Positions 1 to 11,825 of a DNA stretch of 64,000 nt are shown one piece after another; the first letter of the stretch is position 1, and the number at the start of each line of letters is the position of its first letter. The translations under genes and the position numbers were made by a program. The stretch lies in the NCBI GenBank assembly GCA_012295275.1, contig CM022674.1, forward strand, positions 7,564,001 to 7,628,000, in the 5' to 3' direction. Under the pieces are notes generated by a model. It was not told where the DNA came from. It did not search any database and saw only the letters and a list, made by a program, of their open reading frames with translations. Source of the stretch: Chrysomallon squamiferum. Lineage: Eukaryota; Animalia; Mollusca.

Positions 1-767
1 TTAGCATATCAGATCATGCATCATGAAGTACAAAATAAATGAAAATAAATAAACGTAAAGAGTTCAGGTTTTATGAGTTTTAACAGACTGAGTCGTTCTG
101 CTGTATGTCAGTCAGCATACTTGTCGCCAGTGAAATATTTTCTGTTTCAAACACACGTTTGGTATTTTGCAATATAATACAATCTTAAACTTAATTAATA
201 AGCTAAAGAACAACAAGAACAACAAAATAAATAACCAAATACAAACAAACAAACAACAACAACAACAATAAAACCATAAATAAATAAATAAATAAACGTA
301 TTCATTAATATTCACTTTTATGAATCGATTCTACTGAGGTTCAATGAATTTATTTCAAGAACAATAAAAAGTTGATAAATAATCTGTATATTTTCTTTAT
401 CCCAGTTAATATTAAAATATATCATTCATGCCATCCCTTTGACTAGTAATATGAACCAGGAAGCACGTGACGTTGTCGTGACAATGGCTTCAACGAGGTT
501 AAACCAAATTCATCAGTTTACAGATTACCACTTGACCACAATTTGTATTTTCTTCCTTAATTTCTGATGTTAATATCTGAGAAATTTCTGCATAGCATAA
601 AACAATATTTAAAAAAAATACAATGAAAGTAAAACACTTATTTTAAAATAACATCTTTCTTTTCTTTTATTAATACAGTTCTGATAATATTTAAACATTT
701 ATGGGTCAGAGTGTGAAATAAATAAATCTGCATATCAAATCATTTTAAAAAGTTAATAATAATAATA

Positions 768-804
<37 letters not shown>

Positions 805-917
805 CCTTTATAGTATTTAATATTGGTATACAAACACAGATCTGTAAATAAACGACAAATAGCAAATACATAATTTTTACACAAATATGCTAGCCAGTGT
901 ACAAGTGTTTCAAAATG

Positions 918-1349
918 CTAATAACGGGAATTTCGTATAGCATATAAACAGTAGTTATAAGCTCGCAACCTTGCCAGGGTCGAAGTACAAGCTCTAAGTT
1001 TACATGCAGCAGAAAACCGCCTGGGAGCCTGTTGTCTGCACAATCGACAGACAATGGCGCAACTAAAGCTGTTAAACTGTAAATTCGTATTTTGTTGGCG
1101 TTTCATTGGAGATTTCATATACATTTTACTCGCGTAAAAGTCTAGATTTAGTTTCCTCAAATTAATTTCTGCCTGTTTTTCTGCGTCATTAACCATATCC
1201 CGCAATGCGACGTCAGATAGTCTTGATTGTCCAGTTACACTTCCTGCGAGTAGTCTTGATTTTTCTAGGTCGACGAAATCCGGTCTTGACTTTGTCCTGG
1301 TTACCCACTGACAGACAAGCAGACATACAAGACTGAGAACAAAAGTCAT
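918..1349 (-). CDS. Secreted prepro-peptide (143 aa): signal peptide, propeptide, KR site and a 59-aa six-cysteine mature peptide (eclosion-hormone/CHH-like Cys framework)
   Basis: Single open exon from ATG at 1349. Hydrophobic N-terminus MTFVLSLVCLLVCQWV, dibasic site PMKR|QQ, Cys spacing C-x3-C-x2-C-x11-C-x4-C-x12-C. A polypyrimidine tract plus CAG acceptor (minus strand ...TTTGTCTTTCAG, ending 1351) lies 1 nt before the ATG. Minus-strand AATAAA at 666-671. Confidence 0.8.
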   Translation of the reverse strand: MTFVLSLVCLLVCQWVTRTKSRPDFVDLEKSRLLAGSVTGQSRLSDVALRDMVNDAEKQAEINLRKLNLDFYASKMYMKSPMKRQQNTNLQFNSFSCAIVCRLCRQQAPRRFSAACKLRACTSTLARLRAYNYCLYAIRNSRY

Positions 1350-1375
1350 TCTGAAAGACAAATAGAAAAAAAGGA

Positions 1376-1414
<39 letters not shown>

Positions 1415-1496
1415 TTGTGTAAACGTCAGAATAAATGAATGATGAGCTTTCGGTAACATCAGAAGCAAGCCACAGTTTAGTACATCAACTGTGTTA

Positions 1497-1900
1497 CTAA
1501 AATATATTTTCTGTAAGAGTTTTAAATTTATTTTTTTTAATTTTATTTCACTTACATATTCGAATACATTACTTGTCTCAATAAAATATATTTTCTCTTA
1601 GAGTTTTTGCATACATTTTATTAATTATATTTTCGGAGTACACTACTTGTATTATTAAAAAAAAAAAAAAAAATTTCGAACAGTTTTTAAATTTATTTTA
1701 TTAATTTTATTGCATCTAAAAATTCGAATACATTACTTGTATTATTAAAAAAAAAAAAAAAAACAGTTTTTAAAATTTGTATTAGTAATTTTATTTCACG
1801 AAAACATATTTTCTGTAACAGTTTAAAAATTTCATTTTATTAATTATATTTCACTAAAATCTTCCAGTACGTTACTTCTATCACTAAAATTTCATTTCTG
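1497..1900. repeat. Degenerate AT-rich tandem repeat, about 4-5 units of roughly 80-120 bp
   Basis: Recurring AAATATATTTTCTGTAA...TTTTAAATTTATTTT...CGAATACATTACTTGT blocks. Confidence 0.6.
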
Positions 1901-2357
1901 TAATACAGACCCCGCCCTTTCCTCCTCACTGCGTTAATTTGCTTCGTTGTTTCTTTTTTCTTTCTTTCTCCCACGTGCAGGGTAATATTTTATCTTATAT
2001 AACTAAACATCCATCACATTGTTTTCTTCATCGAACCCACAGCGGACAATGTGGGTGGCTGACCATACTTAAAAAAGATTTCTTTTTCGGAGAAAATTCA
2101 ATATATTTTTCAAAAATCACCGCACTGTTGATCTATAACTAGATAGCTTTTTTTCACTGGGATGAGTTGACTCTGAGAACAAACAAATGACCTACAATGG
2201 CAGTCAGACAGTATTTCCCTTGTGTGTGATGTTTAGAACATTTTATTAATTGGCTTTGCCTTGTACAGATTTCATTACAGCTTTTTTATTTGATTATGTT
2301 ACAGTGATACTGAACTGTAACAAATATTAACATAGCAGAAGTAATTACTGTACTAGT

Positions 2358-2457
<100 letters not shown>

Positions 2458-2645
2458 AATTTAATTCATACGAAGAATTTAAAACTTAATTTGATAAGCA
2501 AAACTATAACGCACTCATATAATTAGGAACTAGATAATAATTCTGCATATTATAACACATTTTTTAACATATACATTTATGTGACATTATTTTACCTAAT
2601 AAAAAGCATTCATACTGTTCTTGATTATTTGAGTGAGATATAATA

Positions 2646-2683
<38 letters not shown>

Positions 2684-3462
2684 TTCAAAGACTTTACATA
2701 GTGGCGAGATATGGTGAATAAGAAATTTCTGTATTTTCGGGCACTGACCAAAAACATAACTTTTAGTGGGCGGATTATATTCACTTCGATAAATTATTTG
2801 TTATTAATATATCTACTGATCAAAGTTACTTAGTGTTTAATTGCTGGCGCAGGTCTTAAAAGACCACTTTGAAAGAGAATTTCCATTTAAAATATAACAA
2901 ATAAATTGTTGTCAGTCAAGAACTATTTTCTTTTGATTTATAGTTTTTGTAAGTGAAATCGAAATCAATAAAAGTGAATGTACTATTCTTGTAAGACTAA
3001 TTTGTAAACAGGATTTCATTTTAAAAGCGGTGAGTTGATAAATAAAAAGGTCTATTTCATCTAGTTTTTGTATAATGCAGGATACAAGAAAGAATTGATA
3101 ACAGTCTTAAGATACCAGTTGTATCCTGCTAAGATCAGTATGCCGAATGTATGCATATATAGAGAGAGAGCTACAAAGTGTCTAGTTCTGTTTTAAAATA
3201 ATTGAATGTAATGCGTACTTAAATTTTTTTAAAGAAATTAATATCGTATTGGTTTTTTTTTTGTTGTTGTTCATGTTGTTGTTCGTGTCTGTTTTTTGTC
3301 TTTTTTTTGTTTTGTTAATGTTTTGTTCGTGTTTTCTTTTTCAATAAATGAAAACTGTTGCTTTTAACGAAAAATAACATAACATATGTATTTTATAGTA
3401 AATTAATATCATTACCGTGTGTAAGTTTAATTTTTCAATTTTAAGAAAAAAATAACACTCAC

Positions 3463-3560
3463 CCTAAACCAGCTTCACTTTCGTCTTCTCCTCTTGTCTA
3501 AAACTGCTCCGTTTCCGTTATTGCTGTGTTATCGTGTAAGAGGGTTTTTTTTCCAACAAA
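3463..3560 (-). other. Probable non-coding 5' UTR exon of the six-Cys peptide gene (5' limit uncertain)
   Basis: Minus-strand donor AGG|GTGAGT (ACTCAC at 3457-3462) follows a purine-rich, ATG-free stretch and would splice to the acceptor at 1351. Confidence 0.4.
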
Positions 3561-5292
3561 ATGTGTACGAAACCAGAATACCAGTTTATTTTGTGTGGAA
3601 TAACCAACCTACACACTGAGAAACACAGATTACAAAGCGCTTCTGTTTGAAAGAATCTAAGGGGGCGTTAACCCACGGAAGAACGTCGCATGGTCGTGTA
3701 ATCAGACAAGGTAATACTATTTCCGTGCTTGCTCAAACATATTGTTTTCTCTATCTTATTTTATTACTGTTACTACAACAACGACAACGACAACAGCAAC
3801 AGCAACAACAACAACTACTACTACTACTAGAACTACTAATACTTCTACTTATACTACTGCTATTAGTAAAATCAGCACTACTACTTCTTTTTCTTCATGC
3901 TATCATTATTGTTACGTCAGTTATCATCACCACCATCGTCACCATCATCATTACTCTTGTTGTTGTAATATAATTACGTATTGTTTTCTTTTTAAGTTAA
4001 AATATTCATGTTAGATTTTCTTAAATTGTGTTAAAAAAAGAAATATATCTTAAAAAATAATAATAATAATAATAATAATAATAAAGAGATATTTATAATA
4101 TTGTAAAAATAAAATTAATATCTAATAATATCGTGTGAGATGTATTTGAAAGATATTTCAGCGAAAATCGGTGTAAAGTCAAACTTTGTTCCCCGGAAAA
4201 ATTAATCCGGATAGGAATATAACCGTATACGGGTACAAAATACACCCGAGAGCTCTACCCATTAATTTTCGCTTCACTAATTATTACTGGTCATCAAAGA
4301 AATGATAAAGAACGCTACTGCCTTGCACGAACTGGCAGAAAGGAAAGAAGGAAGAAAACAAATAGAAAAGGGGAAAAGAGAATAACATTCAGAATAAATA
4401 ATCTGGGAAATCAATTTTCGTAGAGCCTCAGCAAGTCTATGTCCGGTGCTGTCTACGACACTGCATGTAATAATCCACTGTGGTCGCTGGAAATAGTAGT
4501 TTCCATCTGTTTTTTATAGAAAATAAATTATTCTTATATAAAACTAATGTCACCGTTAGTCAGCACTCACGTCACTAATGAGGATCCCTATTAATTTCAC
4601 AAGTTTTGTTAACAATTTTATACCAGCGTATACCTAGGTATAATTACTGCATAATTAATCATTTATTCTTCTTTTTTTATCTTCACAAATACCTTTTCAC
4701 CTTATTCCCAGCTCGGCTGTCTCTATGTAATCATAAATTTGTTTGGGCAGTGATCATATGCTTGAGTAATTTAATTCACCGAAGTCAGTGCCACTCGCAG
4801 AAAACGTTTTCTAGAACTTTGATGAATACGGCTGAAAGAGAATTTGAGATTTTTTCACAAATTTAATTTTCGTGCGGGTGTTCGTTTCATTTTCTTACCT
4901 ATCTGCGATTAATAGTGAAAAGCCATATTTATTTTCTTGAACGATCAGTTTATTGTTGTAAGTAAAAATCGAAAATTAAAAGCAAATCTACAACCATTGT
5001 GTACTTAGATTCCACTTTCATAAAGATTTTACAATAAAAAATTAAATATATTAATAAAGATGATGTTAATTATATACATTTTTAAATAAATAAATGAATG
5101 AATGAATTGACAAAAACAAATTAATAGAATGACAGCATTTCGAACTATCACCTGAATGTTTAGACACCATATCTGATAAGCACTAATCCTTTTCTAACGG
5201 TAAACAGTGGTCACGTGATTGGAACTATACAAGGATCGTTAGAGTAATTGAATCAGTTATGGTTCTAGATTCATTTATTTATTTATTAAATT

Positions 5293-5332
<40 letters not shown>

Positions 5333-5517
5333 TTTCTATTTTTAGATGTATTTTTGTTGTTTTGCTGTCTTTATTTTATTATTATTTTTTATTATTATTT
5401 ATTTATTATTATCATTATTTTTTGTTGTTGTAATAAACAATACTTTTTAATGAGATGTTGACAGTTTTGTTTTTCCAGCTTTTTAAATGTTAGTCTAACT
5501 GATTTAATTTTTTCGGT

Positions 5518-5612
5518 GCGAATTTCCCACTGAATTATGTATTTTAATTTTTTTTTCAATGCGAATTTCCCACTGAATTATGTATTTTAATTTTTTTGTT
5601 CAATGCGAGTTT
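5518..5612. repeat. ~43-bp tandem repeat, about 2.3 copies
   Basis: GCGAATTTCCCACTGAATTATGTATTTTAATTTTTT..CAAT repeated. Confidence 0.8.
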
Positions 5613-6392
5613 TCCACCTACTTTTGTATTACGGTGTTTCTAAGTGATCAAAGTTTAGCTGTGGTAATACAGACATAGATCTAAACACATGTTTTACGTT
5701 TCCATCTGACTTTTTAAATTTTATTGCAAATGAACACTAAACTTTTTAATAATCAGTTATGAAAACAACAATATTAACATCAACACCTACAACACAATTA
5801 TTTACCACCACAACAACAACAACGACAACGACAACGACAACAGAGGCCTCAGAAGATGTATTAAAAACTCTAAAACTTCAGTTCATGCATAGAAATGTAG
5901 AAACAAAAGATCGATACCTGTTCTTCATCAGTTATTTGCCTCCGTTTATTATCACCGAATCACTGAAGATTTGTGTCGTTATAAATGAAAAACAAAGCAG
6001 TCTAATAAAACTTGTTGTAATGGTTTTATTTATTCACCCAAAATGTATTTGACACTGTTCGGTTTTCATTATTTCGGAACATCGTAAATTACTTGAAGTA
6101 TTTTACTTTGTTATTAGCTGCAGATACTCCTAGTTTTGTCTTGCGAACTACAAATACTCTCCCACGCCGCTTTGAAAAAAAAAAAGAGAAATTGTTGTAT
6201 TTAATTAATTATGTTTATACAATACATTTTAAACAAATCTTCAGTATGGACGCAATTTATTATTTTTGTTTTTATTTTTTATTTTTTATTTTCTCCCATA
6301 TGACATTTAGAAAATAAAAAATTTAAATCTCAGAAAATATGACAAAGAAACAAAAAAAAAAAAAAAATATAAAATAAAAAAAAAAAAAAAAT

Positions 6393-6423
<31 letters not shown>

Positions 6424-7064
6424 TAAAATAATAATTAAAAAAGTAAATAATAATAATACTATTATTATTATTTGTTTTTTTAATTACACCGACATTTTAC
6501 GAAGGCAAATTCCATAGCAACAAGCGTTCAAATAATAATAAAAATAAATTAAATTAAATTAATTTTTTTTTTTTTTTTTTTTTGGAAAATCAACATTCAA
6601 AGGGAATAATCACTGTTTCTGAAAAAAGCAAAACAGAAAATTCGCCATTCGCAAACATAAATTAGGTTAGTGACTAACTTTTCTGCACGTGTAAACTAAT
6701 ATATTTATTCTGTATTAAACTATATATACTTGTATCGCTGCAATTATTTTTATACACACTGATTTTCAGTATCTGTCATATCAATATTTACATTTATCAT
6801 GTGCAATCGGATATATTTTAAATCAGCCATTCGTCCCCTTTTTGTTTTTCAAAGCCAACAACGATGTAAACGAACAATACTGTTTGATAATAAAATACAT
6901 AATAAAAACAAAACACATTATGTTATAATGCTATAAATGGTATAGTAATGATAACAATGATAATATGCTAATATCCATATGTTAATTAATTTTTGTTTAA
7001 TAAAATTAAATAATATATACTTTTATATATATTATAATTATTATTATTATAATTATTAATTATA

Positions 7065-7106
<42 letters not shown>

Positions 7107-7472
7107 TTCTTTTCTTTACATGCTTGTGTAAACATTTCCGGCGATTCGGGAAACCTCGGACTGTGTGGGATTCTTCGGTTTATTTCGTATTTGGTCCCAC
7201 AATACACCGACATTTTACGAAGGCAAATTCCATAGCAAGGAGCGTTCAAACGCCTTTGTACAGCGATACATATGCGTATAGAATAAATAGTTCCACACTT
7301 GCTTAATTAAGGCAATAGAATAGGTGTATATGTTTATTAATTTTTATATTTGTATAACATATGATTGTAAAATTTGGTTTTATGGAGCATATATGAAAAA
7401 GTGTCTATGTCTTAAAAATTGTATAACAGCGTAAGAATACAACCGTCATTGAAACGTTTGATACTTTCGGAA

Positions 7473-7676
7473 ATGGCGGACGGCGTGGCGAATTCTACTA
7501 CTGTTCGTGATTTCAGTAGAGTAGTTTTAACATTGGAAAATGTATTAATACCTCCAGAAAAACTTTCAGAATCCCCTTCTTTGCAGGATGGACTAGACAT
7601 TGAAACTGAAACAGATCTACGAATATATGGGTGTGAACTGATACAAACGTCCGGTATCTTGTTGAAACTTCCACAG
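7473..7676 (+). CDS. CCNL1: Cyclin L exon 1 (MADGVANS...LLKLPQ)
   Basis: AAATGGCG start context; donor CAG|GTTTGC. Confidence 0.92.
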
Positions 7677-10600
7677 GTTTGCGGCCATTTTTTTCTCCTT
7701 TCTTTTTTTTTTTACATCTGCAAATTTCGAAGGACGTAATGTCTTTAATATAAGTAATATTCATTTCAGCATTAAATAAATAATTCACAAGTCATGTCTG
7801 GGAATAATTTTACTTCATTAATACAATGAATGTGATTAATACAAACGGTTACCCTTTTTAAATATTACATTTACGTAACATAATACATTGGCAGTTATGA
7901 ATTAATTATTCAAGAACTACAAATGTTCGTGAGTGCAGTGGTTGAATTGAGCGAAAAATGCGGTTTCATGGTTGAGACTTGTGTATACAATATTATTGAA
8001 AAGCAAATAAAAATTTAATTTCGACAATATTTAATATATCCATTTCATGGCATTTGGTGTGTTTTTATAAAGACAAAAAGAGGAAACTAACTTTCAGTAT
8101 TTCACTATTAGTCTATATTTTTACACATTTTTCACTCTTTCAGGTCGCACTGGCAACAGGACAGGTTCTTTTCCAGCGGTTCTATTATCTCAAGTCGTTT
8201 GTGAAACACAATACAGAGGTAAGTTACTCTTTTTGTTTAAAATCTTAATGATAATTTACAGTTCTGTTATTTACAGATGTACATTTTCTCAGTTTCAAAT
8301 GCCATGTTCATTATTCAAAAATGTCTTTCATTCCATTGTGTGATGTTCCAGCAGTTGGAATGGTTTTGCTGTGCATCATTATTTCATATACACAGTATAA
8401 TCTACTTTGATTGTCTTGCTACAGGTTGTTGCCATGGCTTGTGTTAACCTTGCATCCAAGATTGAAGAACATCCTAGACGACTTCGAGATGTCATTAATG
8501 TTTTCCATCACATCAAACAAGTGCGGTATGGCAGGTAAGCATATATCAGATTGTTACATTATTATTTTTTAATGTACTTCCATAAGGAATCACTTATTAT
8601 AAATGTTCATTGTTCCATGCTGACACCCCAAAAATAACATCTTACACAGGTTGTGGGCAGATTACAATGTGGTGAGTAGTTAGCTACAGAAGCAATTCTG
8701 CATTTTCTATAATGTAAACTTACACCTTGAGCAAGAGATTTGCTTCTATAATATATTTGAATGGCATATTTATTTTTTTTCATTTTTTTTTTTCAACAAA
8801 TCTACTATTTAAAATAAAAAAATCATGTACAAATAATATCTTTAGGTTTTATTTTTCTTGTACTCCTAAGAAACACGAATTTGACACATACATGTACGTC
8901 ACCGTTCCATATGAATAAATGTGCTCAAAACAAATTCACTACGATCGCCCTTGTCGCTTTGTGTGGCCATTAAGGTGAACTGACTATTAACACAGATGTT
9001 TTTCTTTTGCTACCTGCACAGTTGACGGTAAATGAAGCCTTGACCTTGTGGTGCAGTCAATGATAGCCCCAGGGCTAGTCAGTACCTCACCCAAGACTCT
9101 TCGTCAAGCGGTTTGTATGATACAGGTGTGGTCTCAGCATTGTTTATGAAAATAATCTGCATGCAGTTCTTTGTTTACTTTGTCACAAGCAGGAATTAAA
9201 ATTGTCTACAATGTTATGTCAGTGAAATGTGATTGACTGTGATGATAAAATAAAGGAGAGAGAGATAAAAGGGTGAAAAGCCTTTGTTGACTAAAGTATT
9301 TTAAGGCAAGATAGTAATTTCTTAGTTTTATTTAAGAAAATTAAACTTTGTATGATTGACTGTAAAAATAATGGACATTTTGATGACAAAAATCCTTTTT
9401 ATGTCTTTAAATTAGTGGAATTTCATTTGCAGATTAACTTTGTGAAGAATTCAATCTATTTCATCTTTTAAAAAATGTAAATATTTGTTTATATGTTTAT
9501 TATTGTACTATCTTGTGACAGAAGAGTAAGTACCAGATTTCTGGTAAATTTAATGATTTTGTTTATTTTTATTTTTTTTAAATGTCTGGTTTAAAAATGA
9601 AACCAGCCAAGTACTTTGTGTACAGTTAGACCATGTTACAATGAAACTTGTCAACCTTTTGTCACATCTCATTCTATAAAACAAAACTCACATTGCAAAT
9701 GCCATATGGATTACAAGTGGCCTTTTAATATGAGTGTAAAAACAAAAATTATATAATTGTTTTCTGTTGTGCAATGATTATTACACTTCATTGTAAAAAT
9801 GGAGATAGCTCAGGGCCAGTTTATTATGTAGACAAGTTTGATGTAGAGACTGAAACAAGATCGTTGTAACAAGGTTTGACTAGCAAGTCCACAAATTGTT
9901 TTTGTGAAATAATCAACACAACCCAGCCTTTTATCATTACATGTTTATTCAGATTTTAATTTAACATAATTTTTTTTTTTTTTTCCTAATCTTTGATACA
10001 GTGAATACAGATTCACTTTATATGAATCAAGTAAAGTGTTCGTTATTGTCACTGAATGATTCTGTATTTAAATTGAGACATTTTGTTACTTATTTCTAAA
10101 GATACATTCTGGTAAAATGAAACTTTACTATGATTTGTATTGACTTATTAAAGTACAGATGTTTTTCAGTCGAAATGACGCAGCACCACATACGTGAATA
10201 CAGAGCTTTCACTGAATTGACAGCATTCCGAAGCAGTCCTTGCCACACAAGCATTTGAAAAAGTGTTTTCTCTTTCATTTAAAAGTTTGTTTTCAGGTGT
10301 TTCTGAATTTGTTTCGTACAACAACAACTGTTGCAGTAATAGCTTGGTGGAAAGTGACAAAAGCATGTCCATCTGATTGTGACACATCTTGAAGAAGTAC
10401 TTACTTCACTTTTTGTTGCACACAGACTACCCTGCACTAATGCATTAAAAGATTAAAGACGGAGTTTGTTCCAATCAGTGCAAACGATTAATTATGAATT
10501 TGGAGTCACACATGAAAGCTGCAAAAGATTAACAGATAAATGGTACCACTGTATCACTGTAGTAGTGAATGTAGTGTGAAGAACAATTTCTCCAAAATTA

Positions 10601-11794
10601 CATTTTCTTTTTTACTTCTTCCCCATTCAGTTGCATCCAGTGATTGAAAAAAGGTCACATGAGAGATGTTTCTGAATTTGATTTTTTAATGCTAAACATC
10701 TGTCAAAGGATGATGTGCTTGTCACAGGCTTACAGATTTGTCTAATAGATCTGATATCGGATGACCATCCTTTCTAGTTACCTCTCGTGTTATTGCTGAT
10801 GTGTAGCATGCTGGGAATGTGTAGCAAAGATGGCTGCTAATATTTTACTTTGTCAGGATATGGTGGTGGTGCTTCCAGTTTCCTTCCATCTTCCATCAGT
10901 TTGTGAAACACCTTGTCATGGAAGTCAAAGCAACTATTAATTTATTTATTTTCTTGATGGTGGATGCAGTGTAAATGATAACATGTTTCTCACATATCCA
11001 GCCTCACAGTTTACCTGCTTAACAATTTTTGAAATTTTACAAATACGTTAAAAAACAAAATTAATTGCTATTTATCAGATCTGTTATTTTTTGTTTACAC
11101 CTGCTGTTTCATGCTGAACAATACATCATCACAAAACGTTTTGAGCATGCAGCTGTGACTCATTGCATCAAGGTTTGATTCCTGCACAGGAGAATGTAGT
11201 TTCATTTTACACATCATAAAATAGCTCATATCTCTTCTTTTACCAGATATCTACAATCACCCTTGAGAGATCCACATAATCATTTGTATCTGGTCTTTAA
11301 AAGTAATGAAAAAGTCAGTAAATTACTATTTGTGTAGGAACCATGTATAACTGCATCATACATTTGTTTATAGCAGTTTAATTACCATTCTCCTCAGAAT
11401 CAAATTCTGGTATTAACACTTGCATTGTGATGTAAAGGAGGTGATTCAAATTACAAAATTTCAAAAGTAAATTTGATTATCTTGGGTATTGCTGCTCATC
11501 TACATCTGATTGTAATATTAAAAGCTTAATGCTTTTTTATTTTTATTTTTTTTTTATTTTCACTTTAGTTTCAGACACTTAAGGCATGGAGTTTCATCAT
11601 ACTGTTTAATTTATACAACCATTGATTTTGTTCAGATAACTGGAGTGGACCAAGTACATTTTCAGTATTGAGAACGTTAATAACCGTATAATGTTATTTA
11701 AAAAAAAATAAAAAAAATAAACAGTACAACATAAAATAATCATTTACCATTTATATATTGTTTTGTTCCAGGTGTTGATAGTTTTATTTTTTAA

Positions 11795-11825
<31 letters not shown>

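Noticed and set aside
918-1361. ORF-track start at 1361 (MSFRM...)
   Set aside because: It is a TTG inside the acceptor polypyrimidine tract; the first ATG after the CAG acceptor is at 1349.
10705-10773. Possible box C/D snoRNA in cyclin L intron 3 (AAAGGATG/CATCCTTT stem, ATGATGT, CTGA)
   Set aside because: The C box is imperfect and overlaps the stem, the terminal D box is ATGA, and I recognise no rRNA guide. An Infernal/snoscan run would be needed.
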